A stretch of DNA of 64,000 bases from an uncultured delta proteobacterium (GCA_963745035.1 CAVUVW010000017.1:1-64000), one strand, 5' to 3'. Positions 39,704-51,455 are shown, counted from the stretch's first letter. Notes: generated by a model from the sequence alone, not told the origin. Made by a program: numbers and translations.

Positions 39704-40834
39704 CTAGTCGGGCTTGCGGCGGGGTGTGGACGGCGCGGACCTCTCGGCGGCTTGCTCGGGCCGGCATTGCTGCAGGAGAATTTTTTTGAGCAGCGCCGGA
39801 TTGACCGGCTTCTTGAAGATCACGCCCTGCAAACCCTCCAAGCAGCTGCGCTTGATGATATGGTCTTTGTCGTAGTTGAACGCCGTCATCAACACCACTG
39901 GCAGCTTCGGCGTGCTTTCCTTGACTGTTTGGTAGAGCTCGTACCCGTCCATGTCGGGCATCACCACATCGCTCAATACCAGATCGAACGGTTGACGCTC
40001 CAGCCACTCCACGGCGCGGGCGCCGGAGGGAGCGGTTTCGATGCAACAGCGCTCTCCTTCGAGCAAGTCCTTCAGCGACTCGCAAATGCGCGCGTCGTCG
40101 TCGACGACGAGTACCCTCAAGCCGCTCAACGGATAGCGCGCGTCGGCTTTCGGCCTTTCGCAAGGCTTAGCCTCGTCGACGTGCAGATCCGCCATCATCT
40201 TGCCGTTTAAGTATTCCTTGGTGCCATACTCGCCTTCATCGGCCATCTGGCTGATGCGCCCGGTGATGTCCTGAATTTTCTCCACTTGCGAGGACAAGGA
40301 ATCGAGCCGCTCCGACTCGACCAGATAATCTTCATCGCTCGCCGCGCGCCCGACGTACCGGCGCAGCATTTCGATCTGATTGACCACGACTTCGAGCGAA
40401 TTATTGATCTCGTGCGACACGCCGATGGCGACTTCGGCGAGGGTCACCAACTGGTCGCGCCGCCGAATCTCGCGGATGTCCTTGGCGAAGCCGATGGAGC
40501 CGATCTCGTTCCTTTGGTCGTCGTAGGTAATCGAAGCCGAGATGGCCACGGGAATCTTCTCGCCTCTTTTGGTCTTGAAGACCGTCTCGAAATTACGCAC
40601 GTGGCCCTTGCCGTCGGCGTTGTTTGCCCGCATCGCCGCCATGACCCGGCGCGCTTCGTCGAGGCTCGGATAGATCTCCAGGACGTTTTTTCCCAGAACT
40701 TCTTCGTAGCTGAAGCCTAAATTCTGACGCGCGCCGTCGTTGTAGAACGTGATCATCCCGTGCTTATCGACCGAGATGATTATGTCGGGGCAACTCTCGA
40801 CGAGCTTTTGAAAATATTGTGCCGGCAGGGCCAT
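39704..40834 (-). CDS. PAS-HisKA-REC signalling protein with no HATPase domain
   Basis: PAS (LVESCPDII, YNDGA, LGF), SHEINNSL, REC (VLVVDDD, SDVVMPDMDG, KP). Confidence 0.85.
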   Translation of the reverse strand: MALPAQYFQKLVESCPDIIISVDKHGMITFYNDGARQNLGFSYEEVLGKNVLEIYPSLDEARRVMAAMRANNADGKGHVRNFETVFKTKRGEKIPVAISASITYDDQRNEIGSIGFAKDIREIRRRDQLVTLAEVAIGVSHEINNSLEVVVNQIEMLRRYVGRAASDEDYLVESERLDSLSSQVEKIQDITGRISQMADEGEYGTKEYLNGKMMADLHVDEAKPCERPKADARYPLSGLRVLVVDDDARICESLKDLLEGERCCIETAPSGARAVEWLERQPFDLVLSDVVMPDMDGYELYQTVKESTPKLPVVLMTAFNYDKDHIIKRSCLEGLQGVIFKKPVNPALLKKILLQQCRPEQAAERSAPSTPRRKPD

Positions 40835-40928
40835 AAGAGCGTGGCGATAACTTGCATGATAGGTCGAACGACGATATCAATGCAAGTGCCCTTGGAAAGC
40901 CTCGAGTTTTCCCGCCCTTCGCGCATTC

Positions 40929-42767
40929 ATGGGACCCACAAGAGACACCCGCCAATTGACTTGGTTCCTGGCCTGGGCGGTAGTCTTCTGCGATATCGGC
41001 ACGTCGGTTTATTACGTTCCGGGCATTTTGTACGGCAGCGTCGGCGACAAGACGCCTTTTTTTATCTCGCTGACGACCCTGGGTTTTATTCCCCTGGCAC
41101 TTAAATACATCGAGATCACGTGGCGAAATCCCGAGGGTGGCGGTGTGGTCACGATGACGACCAAAGCCTTCGGTCCGATGTGGGGCTGCCTTGGCGGAAT
41201 GTTGATCACCACGAGCTATTTTCTGACAGCGGCCATCTCAACGGTGTCCGGATTTCATTACATCGCCAGCGTGCTCGGCTTTCTCGATGACCACATCGTG
41301 GTTTTGGCCTGCGCCGGGCTCATTGCTCTGGCGCTCTTGAATGTGATCGGCATCCGAGAAAGCGCCTCAGCGGCTCTGTTCATGGCATTGGCGGCGTTTG
41401 GGGTCGATCTCGTCGTGATCGTCATTTCGCTAGCGGATTTTTCTCCGGCGCAATGGCGTCTAGCTTGGGCAAGCCTGTCGCCGGGCCGCGATATCTCAGC
41501 GCAAGATTTGTTGATCGGCTTCGCCGCCGCATGGCTCGCATTCTCGGGACTCGAAAGCATCAGCCAATTGAGTCCGACCATTCGCCTGCCCCTGCGCAAG
41601 ACCACGAGATGGGCCATGTATGCTGTCATCGGCACCGTCGTGCTTACATCGCCCTTGCTGAGCCTCTTATCGATCAATCTGCTGACCCCTGATTTCAAAT
41701 CCAGCCAAAGCGAACGCTTCATTTCAGAAATCGCGTCGCTCTCCGGCGGCTTCGGCTTGAAGCTCGCCGCCGTGATCAGCGCTTCCTGTCTGCTTCTGTT
41801 CGCGGCGAACACTGCGATCATCGGCGCGTACCATATCTTTCTCGCTCTCGCCAACAGTAATTTTCTGCCCCGAGTGATCGGACTGCGAAGCGAACGGTTC
41901 AACAGCCCGCACATCGCGATCTTTATCGCCACCTTGGTTCCGGTCGCGGTCATCGTCGCCACCCAGGGAGAGATCGCCTTACTGGGGGAAATGTATGCTT
42001 TCGGCTTGCTCGGCGCGTTCCTGTTTTCGTCGCTCAGTTTGGATATCATTCGCTGGCGGCTGGGACGGCGTGATTTCGGCTTCTGGATCGGCGTCTTCAC
42101 GACCGCCATGATTTTGTTGGCATGGAGCGTCAATCTGGTCGCGAAGGAGCTGGCGACGCTGTTTGGCGGCGCCCTGACGATTATAGGAATGCTCGTCGCC
42201 GTCGGCGTGCGCCGGTCTTGGTTTGTCGACTTTCTCCATCAAATCCCGGCTATTCAGCGCTTACAGGCGCGCGCCTATCTCGCTTCCGAAGCGTTGGTCG
42301 ACGAAGAACTCAAAGGTCTGGTGACTCTTGCCGACGCGGTAGAGCTGAAAGCGCTTTATCCGGCCTCCTCGATCTTGGCACTCCGCGGTGAAAATCCTGC
42401 ACTGATTCAACAAGGAATCGATCTCGCGCGCGGCAAAGGCGAGTCGGCGCTTTATTGCATCTATGTCGAAGAATGGCCCGGGCTGTTCAACGGCAATACG
42501 CCGCACCGGCCCAACGAAGAAGGCATCCGCACGCTGCGCCATGCTGTGCAACAGGTTCGCGACAAGAACATTGAAGTCATACCCATCTGGACCGTATCGC
42601 ACAATGCCGCGACTGCCATCAGCGATGCAGCCAAAGCTCTCGACGTCGACGGTGTTCTGATTGGGCAGTCGAGGCGCTCAGCCTTCTATCACATGCTGCG
42701 CGGCCACGTCGTCAAAGGACTCACAAAGAAGCTGCCACGAGATTGCCATTTGATGATTTTTAACTGA
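40929..42767 (+). CDS. APC-family permease with C-terminal universal stress protein (Usp) domain
   Basis: CDIGTSVYY, PEGGGVV, FSGLESISQL, MYAFGLLG; C-terminal VLIGQSRRSAFYHMLRGHVV. Confidence 0.88.
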   Translation: MGPTRDTRQLTWFLAWAVVFCDIGTSVYYVPGILYGSVGDKTPFFISLTTLGFIPLALKYIEITWRNPEGGGVVTMTTKAFGPMWGCLGGMLITTSYFLTAAISTVSGFHYIASVLGFLDDHIVVLACAGLIALALLNVIGIRESASAALFMALAAFGVDLVVIVISLADFSPAQWRLAWASLSPGRDISAQDLLIGFAAAWLAFSGLESISQLSPTIRLPLRKTTRWAMYAVIGTVVLTSPLLSLLSINLLTPDFKSSQSERFISEIASLSGGFGLKLAAVISASCLLLFAANTAIIGAYHIFLALANSNFLPRVIGLRSERFNSPHIAIFIATLVPVAVIVATQGEIALLGEMYAFGLLGAFLFSSLSLDIIRWRLGRRDFGFWIGVFTTAMILLAWSVNLVAKELATLFGGALTIIGMLVAVGVRRSWFVDFLHQIPAIQRLQARAYLASEALVDEELKGLVTLADAVELKALYPASSILALRGENPALIQQGIDLARGKGESALYCIYVEEWPGLFNGNTPHRPNEEGIRTLRHAVQQVRDKNIEVIPIWTVSHNAATAISDAAKALDVDGVLIGQSRRSAFYHMLRGHVVKGLTKKLPRDCHLMIFN

Positions 42768-42858
42768 GACGCTTTGTCGCCGTGCATCGGTTCAAAACCC
42801 GCGTGCGGGATTGATACCGGCCGACTTCAACTCTATATTGATCCGCTCTAAACCCTCG

Positions 42859-44698
42859 ATGCGGTCCCCTCTCCAAACAAGACAGCTTAACTGGTTCCTC
42901 GCCTGGGCCGTGGTCTTTTGTGACATCGGCACTTCCGTTTATTATGTGCCGGGCATTCTTTACAGCCACGTCAAAGATGCCACGCCGTTTTTCGTCTTGC
43001 TTACGACGGGCGGCTTCATCTTGCTTTCGCTCAAGTACATCGAGATCTCGTGGCGCAATCCGGAAGGCGGCGGCGTTGTCACGATCACCACAAAGGCTTT
43101 CGGTCCCATGTGGGGCTGCCTCGGCGGCATGCTCATCATCGTCGACTACTTTCTCACCACGGCGATTTCCGCGGTCGCAGGCTTTCAGTATATCGGCAGC
43201 GCTTTTCCCGCCGTCGACGCGCACGTCGTGCTTCTCGCCTGCGCCGGGGTGGGCGTGCTCGCGGCGTTGAACATAATCGGCATCCGCGAAAGCGCCACCG
43301 TGGCGCTCGTCATGGCGAGCGCGTCCTTTCTGGTGAATATTTTCGTTATTATCGTAGCTGTCTTTACTATGGACGGCGCGCAATGGAGCACGGTGTTAAG
43401 CAAACTGGGCACCGCTCAGGGCATCTCGAACTATGAGCTTCTGGTCGGTTTTTCCTCGGCGTGGCTGGCTTTTTCAGGGCTTGAAAGCATCAGCCAATTG
43501 AGTCCGAACCATGCGTTTTCCCCTGCGCCGAACGACGCGGCGCGCGATGCTCGCGGTGGTGCTGACGATGATCGTTACCTCGCCGGTCCTGACAGCGCTA
43601 TCGATCGGCCTGCTGCCGGAGCAGATCAAAGCCACGGAGAGCGAGCGCTTTATCTCCGAGCTCGGTATGATCGTCGGCGGCTTGAGCGCCAAGCTTGCCG
43701 TCGTCGTAACCGCGTCGAGCTTGCTCTTATTTGCGTCCAATACTGCAATCATCGGCTCCTATCATGTCTTTCTCGCGCTCGTGAACGGCGGATTTCTGCC
43801 TAAGATCATCTCGGTGCGCAATCCTACGTTCAACACCCCGCACATCGCGGTCGCCATCGCCACGGTCGTTCCCGTGGCGGTGGTTCTGTTCAGCGCCGGC
43901 GAGATGAAACTGCTCGGCGATATGTACGCCTTTGGCCTGTTGGGCGCGTTCGTATTCTCGTCATTGAGCTTGGATGCGATTCGCTGGCGGCTCGGCCGGC
44001 GCGACCCCGGCTTTTGGTTGGGGGTGTTTACGACTCTGATGGTCATGGTTGCCTGGGGCGTCAATCTAGTGGAAAAACCGCTTGCCACCTATTTCGGCGG
44101 CGGGGTGACACTCATCGGCCTAATGGTGGCTGTCGGCGTGCGCCGCGCATGGTTCGTCGATTTGCTCGTACAAATCCCGGTGATCCAGCGCCTGCAGGCG
44201 CGCGCCTATCGCGCCTCTGAGGACTTGGTCGAAGACGAGCTTAAAGGGTTGATGACCTTGGCGGAGGCCGTGGAAGTCAAGCCTCTCTACTCTTCGTCGA
44301 CCCTCCTGGCGCTGCGCGACGAGGCGCCGCGGCTTATCCAGGAAGGCATCACCCGGGCCAAGGGTCGCGGGGAATCGGCCCTTTATTGTATTTACGTCGA
44401 GGAGTGGCCTGGTTTATTTGCCGGCGAGACGCCGCACGTGCCCAACGAACAGGGACTGAAAACTTTGCGCGCCGCGCTTCAGGCGGTGCGCGATAAGAAC
44501 ATCGAGATCATCCCGATATGGGCGGTCTCGCACAATGCCGCCGAAGCCATCGCCAACGCCGCCAAGACGCTCGACGTCGACTCGGTCATCATCGGCGCCT
44601 CGCGCCGCTCCGCCTTCTATCACATGCTGCGCGGCCACGTCGTCAAAGGTCTGATGAAAAAGCTGCCGCGCACCTGCCATCTCATGATCAGCAATTGA
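42859..44698 (+). CDS. Second APC-Usp permease paralogue (frameshift at ~43507)
   Basis: Highly similar to the upstream gene; an extra A in AGTCCGAACCATG splits the ORF. Confidence 0.85.
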
Positions 44699-44727
44699 AT
44701 CCACCTCCGTGGAAAACCGAGGTGAAT

Positions 44728-44753
44728 TCATCCTGAGCGTCGGCGAGGGATCT
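44728..44753. repeat. Possible degenerate REP-like element
   Basis: TCATCCTGAGCG...GCGAGGGATCT between convergent genes resembles GTCATCCTGAGC..GCGAAGGATC intergenic repeats. Confidence 0.35.
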
Positions 44754-44785
44754 TTCCTTTTCTAAACTCAAATAGCAGGCCAATT

Positions 44786-45487
44786 TCATACCGCCGCCTG
44801 TTTGCTCGCTTTGGCGGATTGCTCGATGAGTTCGTGCGCTTCATCGATGCCGAGGAAGCGGTCGATCACCGCATGGGCGGCGTACAGCAGAGGCGTGATG
44901 CTCAACGCGACGATCAGCTTGAAGGAATAGTTCGATGCCGCCACCGTCAAAAACTCCGATGTCTGCACCTTGCCTGGCAGCCAGAATGCGATACCGATAA
45001 TGACGATACTGTCGATAAACTGGGAGATCACAGTGGAGCCGGTGGCGCGCATCCATAGATAGCTACGGCCCGTCCTTTGCCGCACCAGCCAAAAAATGCC
45101 GACGTCGATCAATTGGCTTACGCCGAAGGCGATCACGCTACCGACGATGATCCACAGTGATTGGCCGAATACCGCTTGAAAATGCGCGTCGCTCACCGGC
45201 GAGAAAGATGCCGCCGGCACTTGGATGGCGAGAAACAGCACGACGAAGGCGTAGACGATGAGCCCGATGGTCATCAAGGTAAGCCGGCGGACTCCTTCGC
45301 GGCCGAAATACTCGTTGATCAAATCCGTGGCGATGAACACCACGGGCCAGGGAATCACGCCGATGCTCAACGTGAATGGACCGAGGGTGAAGAGCTTGCC
45401 GCCGGTCAGCTCGCCGAGGATCGCGTTGGTGACGAAGAATCCCGCCAGCGCCAGGTACACGATGTCTCTTCGAGTTTGTATGCCCAT
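44786..45487 (-). CDS. yhhQ: Queuosine precursor transporter (VUT/YhhQ family)
   Basis: TDLINEYFG, SQLIDV, WMRATGSTVISQFIDS; near tgt/queA. Confidence 0.88.
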   Translation of the reverse strand: MGIQTRRDIVYLALAGFFVTNAILGELTGGKLFTLGPFTLSIGVIPWPVVFIATDLINEYFGREGVRRLTLMTIGLIVYAFVVLFLAIQVPAASFSPVSDAHFQAVFGQSLWIIVGSVIAFGVSQLIDVGIFWLVRQRTGRSYLWMRATGSTVISQFIDSIVIIGIAFWLPGKVQTSEFLTVAASNYSFKLIVALSITPLLYAAHAVIDRFLGIDEAHELIEQSAKASKQAAV

Positions 45488-45574
45488 GCCTACTCCCGCG
45501 CCTTGAAGTTCTTTTCCCGCCGCGGGGTGTTTAACCCCGTAAGTAGTGCGCCGCAGTTCCTGGTCAATGGCGAA

Positions 45575-47309
45575 TCATACGCTGCCCGCCGGCCGCATAT
45601 CGGCGATCCTGAGCTCCACGCTGCTGGCGCCGTTCCACTCGTTTTCACTCAAGCGGTATGCGACATCGACGGCCTCGCCGGGCTTGCCCGGAAAGTCGTC
45701 GCCGACGCCGAAGACGACGCCGCCGAGGACACGGCCGGCTTGGCGCAGCCGGTAGCGCACGCCGGCGGAGAAGACCCGCCGCTCGCAGATCTCCACCCCA
45801 ACGGTGGCGAAGAGCGGCTCCGGATTGCCGACGCCGAAGGGTTTGAGAACGTCCAGCTCGCGCGCCAGCGGAAAGCCGATTTCGGAGAAATTCAAAGGCG
45901 CGTCCATCTCGAGCAGCGGCAGCAAGTCCTGGTCGCAAAGCGTTTGCCGACAGCACGCTTCGAAAGCTGCGGCGAACGAGTCGATCTTATCCGCCGCCAC
46001 CGTGAGACCGCCGGCGTACTCGTGGCCGCCGAATTTTTCCAGACAACCGGCGCAGCGCCGAAATCCCTCGACCATGTGAAAGCCGCGGATGCTGCGCGCC
46101 GACCCCTTGCCGATTGCGCCGCTCAGAGCGATGACCACCGTCGGGCGATAGTATTTTTCGACGATGCGCGAGGCGACAATGCCGAGCACGCCCGGGATGC
46201 CATCCTTCCGCCGCCAAAACCAGCGAATGACGAGCGCCGCGCTCCAGGGCACGCGCCGCCTGGGCCATCGCTTCTTCGAGCACGGCGGCCTCGATGGCGC
46301 GGCGCTCGGTGTTATGGGCGTCGAGCTCCCGGGCGATCTTCAAGGCGATCTCGTGAGATGGCGTGGTCAGCAGCTCGACGACTTTGATACCGTAATCGAC
46401 CCGCCCCGCGGCGTTGATGCGCGGCCCCAGACGAAAGCCGACCTGCCCGGCGCTGACCTCGCCGTCGGGAATGCTCGCTACCTGCTTGAGGGCCACCACT
46501 CCCGGACGGACCGAGACGCTCAACTCGGCCAAGCCACGGCGAATCAAAGTGCGATTGACGCCCTGGAGCGGCACCATGTCGGCGATAGTGCCGAGGGTCA
46601 CGATGTCCAGGTAGCGCCGAATATCGGGCTCTTTGCCGGCGGAAAACCAGCCATCCGCGCGCAAGCGCGCGCGCACGCCGATCACCAGATAAAACGCCAA
46701 GCCGGCGGCGCAGAGCCCTTTATCGGGAAAGGCGCAATCGCTCCGATGTGGATTGATCACTGCGTGCGCCCGCGGCAGCTCCGCCGGCGGCTGATGATGA
46801 TCGACGACGACAAAGGACAGACCCATGCGCGCCGCGGTCTGGATTTCCGACGCGTTGGAGATGCCGCAATCCACGGTGATGACGAGGTCGACGCCGCGCT
46901 CCCGCAATCGGCGCAATCCCTCGACGTTGAGGCCGTAGCCCTCTTCGATCCGGTGCGGCACGTAATAGATCGGCTCGGCGCCGATCTCGCGAAGAAAAGA
47001 GACCAGGACCGCGGCGCCGGTCGTGCCGTCGACGTCGTAGTCGCCCCAGATGGCGATCTGCTCTTTGTTCCTGACGGCGGCGACAATGCGCTCCACCGCC
47101 GGCTCCATATCGGCCATGGCGAACGGCGACGGCAAATCGCTGCGCAGACTCGACGACAGGTAGCGCCGCGCTGCTTCTTCCTCGGCGCAGCCGCGAAGAA
47201 CCAGGATACGCGCCAGGAGCGGCGAAATATCGAGCGCGGCAGATTGTCGCGCGACGAGGCGCGGATCGACTTCTTTCACGGTCCAGCGCTTGGATAAAGG
47301 ACTCTGCAT
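45575..47309 (-). CDS. recJ: Single-stranded-DNA exonuclease RecJ (frameshift at ~46194)
   Basis: GDYDVDG, TVDCG, VDHH, GTIADMVPL, PRINAAGR, WHPG/VLGIVA, FGGH, KPFGVGN. Confidence 0.93.
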
Positions 47310-47381
47310 TGGTTCTCGGGAGGACAATCAAAAAGCGCGGCCGAAGCTTAGGTACGGCATCTCTTCAACGCCGTCCGCCGG

Positions 47382-48314
47382 TTATTTTCTTCTTCCCACG
47401 GCCCTGTTTTCCCACAGGAGAATCACCGGACTGGCGATAAAGATCGTCGAGTAAACGCCGGAGACAAATCCCACCAGCAGCGCAAAGGCGAACGGCTTGA
47501 TCACTTCGCCGCCCAAGAAATACAGCGACGCCAGCACCATCAAAGCGGTGCTGGTGGTCAAAATCGTCCGGCTTAAAGTCTCGTTGATGCTGGTATTGAT
47601 GATGCTTTCGAGGCTTTCGCGCTTGATCTTTCGGAGGTTCTCGCGGATGCGGTCGCAGATCACCACGGTATCGTTGACGGAAAAGCCGACGATGGTGAGC
47701 AGCGCAGCGATGACCGTGAGATCGAACTCATAGTTGGCGAGCATCAGCGCGCCGACCGTGATCAGCACGTCGTGGATCAAGGCGATCACGGCGCCGGTGC
47801 CGAAAAGAAGGCCGAATCTCGCTCCGAAAGCCGCGCCGAAGCGAATCCAGATATAGATGCCCATCATGACAGTCGCGACGATAACCGACATGGTGCCGCG
47901 AAAGCGCAGATCCTCGCCGATCTTCGGTCCCACGGACTCGATTCGGCGGACCTCGAATCGCTCCGCGCCGAACTGATCCGCGAGACTTTTCTTTACCTGG
48001 TCGCCGAGCGCGCCGAGCTCGGCGGGGCTTTTGTCCAAACGAAGCAGAAATTCATGGGCGCCCGGTTCGCCGAAATCCTGCACCACGCCGGAGCCGAGAC
48101 CGACTTTCTCCAGAGCTTGGCGGATCTCGGAAATCGTCACTCTCTGGTGAAATTTGAGATGAATCATCGTGCCGCCGGCGAAATCGACGCCGAGATTGGG
48201 CCCGATGAGAAATAATCCGAGCAACACCACCAGATTGACGACCGTGGAGAACAGGAACGCGAGCTTGCGGTAGCGCGTAAATGGAATCTTTGTGCCCGGC
48301 TTGACCAGTTCCAT
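47382..48314 (-). CDS. secF: Protein translocase subunit SecF
   Basis: LGVDFAGG, ALIHDV, GFSVNDTVVICDRIREN, TLSRT. Confidence 0.96.
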   Translation of the reverse strand: MELVKPGTKIPFTRYRKLAFLFSTVVNLVVLLGLFLIGPNLGVDFAGGTMIHLKFHQRVTISEIRQALEKVGLGSGVVQDFGEPGAHEFLLRLDKSPAELGALGDQVKKSLADQFGAERFEVRRIESVGPKIGEDLRFRGTMSVIVATVMMGIYIWIRFGAAFGARFGLLFGTGAVIALIHDVLITVGALMLANYEFDLTVIAALLTIVGFSVNDTVVICDRIRENLRKIKRESLESIINTSINETLSRTILTTSTALMVLASLYFLGGEVIKPFAFALLVGFVSGVYSTIFIASPVILLWENRAVGRRK

Positions 48315-48324
48315 GGATCTCCTC

Positions 48325-49923
48325 TCAGATGCTGACGCTGTCAAGTTTCCGGGACGAGATTCGATAATCGTAGTAAATGCGCGTGAGATAAACCGCCGTG
48401 ACAACGGTGGTCAAGATGCCGACGCAAAGCGTTACGGCGAATCCCTTGATCGGGCCGGTGCCGAACTGAAAAAGAATAACGCCGGAAAGAAAGGTCGTGA
48501 CATTGGAATCGAGAATCGCCGGCAGGGCGTTTTTGTAGCCGGCTTCGATGGCCGAGCGCGCCGCTCTCCCCGCCCTCAGCTCTTCACGGATGCGCTCGTT
48601 GATCAAGACGTTGGCGTCGACGGCCATGCCGACCGTGAGCACGATGCCGGCGATGCCCGGCAGGGTCAAAACGGCTTGAAAGCCGGCGAGAATCGCCGCC
48701 ATGAAAAAAACATTGAAAACCACCGCGGTCACCGCCACCACGCCGGCGCCCTTGTAATAGGCGATCATGAAAATTACCACCAGCGCGCCGCCGACGATGA
48801 AGGAGGTAATTCCCTGTTGAATCGAATCCTGGCCCAGCGAAGGACCGACGGTGCGCTCTTCGGCGATTTCCACCGGCGCCGGCAAAGCGCCGGCGCGCAG
48901 CACGATCGCCAGATCGCGCGCTTCTTTGAGATCGAAGTTACCGGTGATCGACGCGCGGCCGCCGCCGATGCGCTCCTGAATCACCGGCGCGGAATAGACG
49001 CGGTTGTCGAGCACGATGGCGAGCCGCCGCTTGACGTTGGCCGCCGTGATCTGCTCGAACACGCGCGCTCCGGCGGGGTTGAGGATGAGCTCGACGGAAG
49101 CGCCTTGGAGCTGTTCGGCCGGCCGCACGCGGGCGTCTTGGATGTATTCACCGGTCATCAGCGCGCGCGCCTCCAGCACGTAGGCTTCCCGTTCCGCGCC
49201 GGCGCCTTCGCGGCTTGCTCCCTGGCCGTAAAGCACCTGACGGCCCGGCGGCGGGCCGCTTTTGATCGCTTCCTCGACGCTGGCGTTGTCGTCGACCAGC
49301 TTGAATTCCAAGAGCGCCGTCTTGCCGATAAGGTCCTTGGCCCGCTGCGGATCTTGAATGCCGGGAAGCTGGATCAGAATATTGGTCTCCCCGTGGCGCT
49401 GAATGATCGGCTCGCTCACGCCGAATTGATCGATCCGGTTGCGGATCGTTTCCAGCGATTGATCCACCGCGTAGTCGCGCAGCGAGCGCAGCTCTTCCTT
49501 GCCGAGGGTGAGGTAGAATTCCGCGCCCGCGCCGGCGCTCTGCGAGCTCTTCGCTTCGATCAGATTGCCGAAATCGCTTTTGAGAATGCCGCGCAGCCGC
49601 TCGGCGCTCGCCGCCGCCGCCTTGACTTGCAATTGGATGCCCGAGCGCTCGACCGATACGCCGGAGACGCCCTTTTCGCGCAGGACCTTGATCAGATCGG
49701 CGCGTATGCGCTCGACGTTGTTCTCGAGCGCCTTATCGACCTTTACTTCGAGAACCAAATGGGTGCCGCCTTGCAGATCCAGCCCGAGGTTGATCTGGTT
49801 GGTCGGCAGAACCGCGCTCCACCAGCCGGGCAAGGCGCCGCCAAAGCTCGGAATCAAATAGATCAGCGCCGCCAGCGCCACAATCGCAAAGCCGATGAGC
49901 CGCGCCCGAACGTTCTGCCGCAT
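48325..49923 (-). CDS. secD: Protein translocase subunit SecD
   Basis: LGLDLQGG, IRNRIDQFGVSEP, LRAGALPAP, GMAVDANVLINERIREE. Confidence 0.97.
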   Translation of the reverse strand: MRQNVRARLIGFAIVALAALIYLIPSFGGALPGWWSAVLPTNQINLGLDLQGGTHLVLEVKVDKALENNVERIRADLIKVLREKGVSGVSVERSGIQLQVKAAAASAERLRGILKSDFGNLIEAKSSQSAGAGAEFYLTLGKEELRSLRDYAVDQSLETIRNRIDQFGVSEPIIQRHGETNILIQLPGIQDPQRAKDLIGKTALLEFKLVDDNASVEEAIKSGPPPGRQVLYGQGASREGAGAEREAYVLEARALMTGEYIQDARVRPAEQLQGASVELILNPAGARVFEQITAANVKRRLAIVLDNRVYSAPVIQERIGGGRASITGNFDLKEARDLAIVLRAGALPAPVEIAEERTVGPSLGQDSIQQGITSFIVGGALVVIFMIAYYKGAGVVAVTAVVFNVFFMAAILAGFQAVLTLPGIAGIVLTVGMAVDANVLINERIREELRAGRAARSAIEAGYKNALPAILDSNVTTFLSGVILFQFGTGPIKGFAVTLCVGILTTVVTAVYLTRIYYDYRISSRKLDSVSI

Positions 49924-49927
49924 TCCT

Positions 49928-50260
49928 TTACTCCTTTCCTTCCTTCGCCGCCTTCTCACCGGTGAGTACGGCGGCGATCTGCGGACGGTGCACGCGGATT
50001 CTCACGTTGGGCGCCACTTCCAGGGTCACCACTGTTTCTTTCAAGTCGATCACCTTACCGTAAATCCCTCCCGAGGTCATCACTTCATCGTTGCGTTTGA
50101 GCTTGGCGAGCATGTCTTGATGGTCCCGCGCTTTTTTTTGCTGCGGGCGAATGACCATGAAGTACATGATGACGAAAATAAGAATGAACGGAAGAATCGT
50201 CACGATCGGTCCCGGACCGCCTGCTCCCGGCGCGGCCTGCGCATAGGCAAAATCCAACAT
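49928..50260 (-). CDS. yajC: Preprotein translocase subunit YajC
   Basis: YFMVIRPQQKK, DEVMTSGGIYG; synteny. Confidence 0.96.
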   Translation of the reverse strand: MLDFAYAQAAPGAGGPGPIVTILPFILIFVIMYFMVIRPQQKKARDHQDMLAKLKRNDEVMTSGGIYGKVIDLKETVVTLEVAPNVRIRVHRPQIAAVLTGEKAAKEGKE

Positions 50261-50281
50261 GGTTCCTCCTGAATGTGCGAC

Positions 50282-51389
50282 TCACGAGCGGCCCGCGCCG
50301 AGAATCTGCTCCCAATCTTCGGCTTTGCCGGTACGAATCGCTTCCCGACACTTATCCATGAGCCGGTGATAAAAGTAAAGGTTGTGCAGGCTGTTGAGCT
50401 GCGCGGAGAGAATCTCGCCGGCCATGTAGAGATGGCGCAGATACGCGCGCGAAAAGTTGGCGCAGCAATAACATCCGCAAGCTTCGTCCAGCGGGCGCGG
50501 ATCGTCGGCAAACTCGGCGCGCTTGATGTTGAGCTTGCCTTTCGAAGTGTAGAGCGTGCCGTTGCGCGCGTTGCGCGTCGGGATGACGCAATCGAACATG
50601 TCGAAGCCCGCGCGCACGGCATGGACGATATCTTCCGGCCGCCCCACCCCCATCAGATAACGCGGTTTATCGGCGGGCAGCAGAGCGGCGGTGAAGCCGG
50701 CAATCGCGTGCAGCTGAGCTTCCCCTTCGCCGACGCCGAGCCCGCCGACGGCGAAGCCGTCGAACTGAAGATCCGCCATCTGCTCGACGCAACGGCGGCG
50801 CAAATCCTCGAACAAGCCGCCTTGAATGATGCCGAACAGCATTTGATCGGCTTTGCCGCGCGCGCCGACACAGCGCTTGGCCCAACGGACGGTGCGCTCG
50901 GTCGAGGCGTGAACGTAGTCACGCGCCGCGTCGGCGGGAATGCACTCGTCGAGCGCCATCGCGATATCGCTGCCGAGCGCTTCCTGGATCTCGATCGCCT
51001 TTTCCGGCGTGAGCAAATGCGCCGTTCCGTCGAGATGGGACTGGAAAAGCGCGCCGTCTTCGGAGATTTTCCGCATGGCGCCCAAGCTGAACACCTGATA
51101 ACCGCCGCTGTCGGTCAAGATCGGCCCGTTCCAGCCCATGAAACCATGCAGCCCGCCGAGCGCCCGGATCGGTCTCGTGGCCCGGCCGCAGATACAGATG
51201 ATACGTGTTGCCGAGCAGAATCTGGCAGCCCATTTCTTTTAAATCGCGCGGCAGCATCGCTTTCACGGCAGCCTGCGTTCCGACCGGCATAAAGCAAGGC
51301 GTCTCGACAGCGCCGTGCGCCGTAACCAGCCGCCCGAGGCGCGCTCTGGTCGCGTCGTCTCTTTTGAGAATGGTGAAACGATCACTCAT
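50282..51389 (-). CDS. tgt: tRNA-guanine transglycosylase (frameshift at ~51171)
   Basis: [55 protein letters not shown]. Confidence 0.95.
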
Positions 51390-51426
51390 GAAAAGAATGG
51401 AAAGATTTGAGAAGAATCCGAACCCG

Positions 51427-51453
51427 TTGCCTGTTGTCTAATGCCTGTTGCCT
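51427..51453. repeat. Short heptamer tandem repeat
   Basis: GTTGCCT-GTTGTCT-AATGCCT-GTTGCCT between queA and tgt. Confidence 0.5.
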
Positions 51454-51455
51454 TC

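Noticed and set aside
45523-45539. Hairpin upstream of yhhQ as a preQ1 riboswitch
   Set aside because: The stem CGGGG/CCCCG is suggestive, but the loop is too short and the adjacent A-rich pseudoknot tail is missing. An Rfam preQ1 search would settle it.
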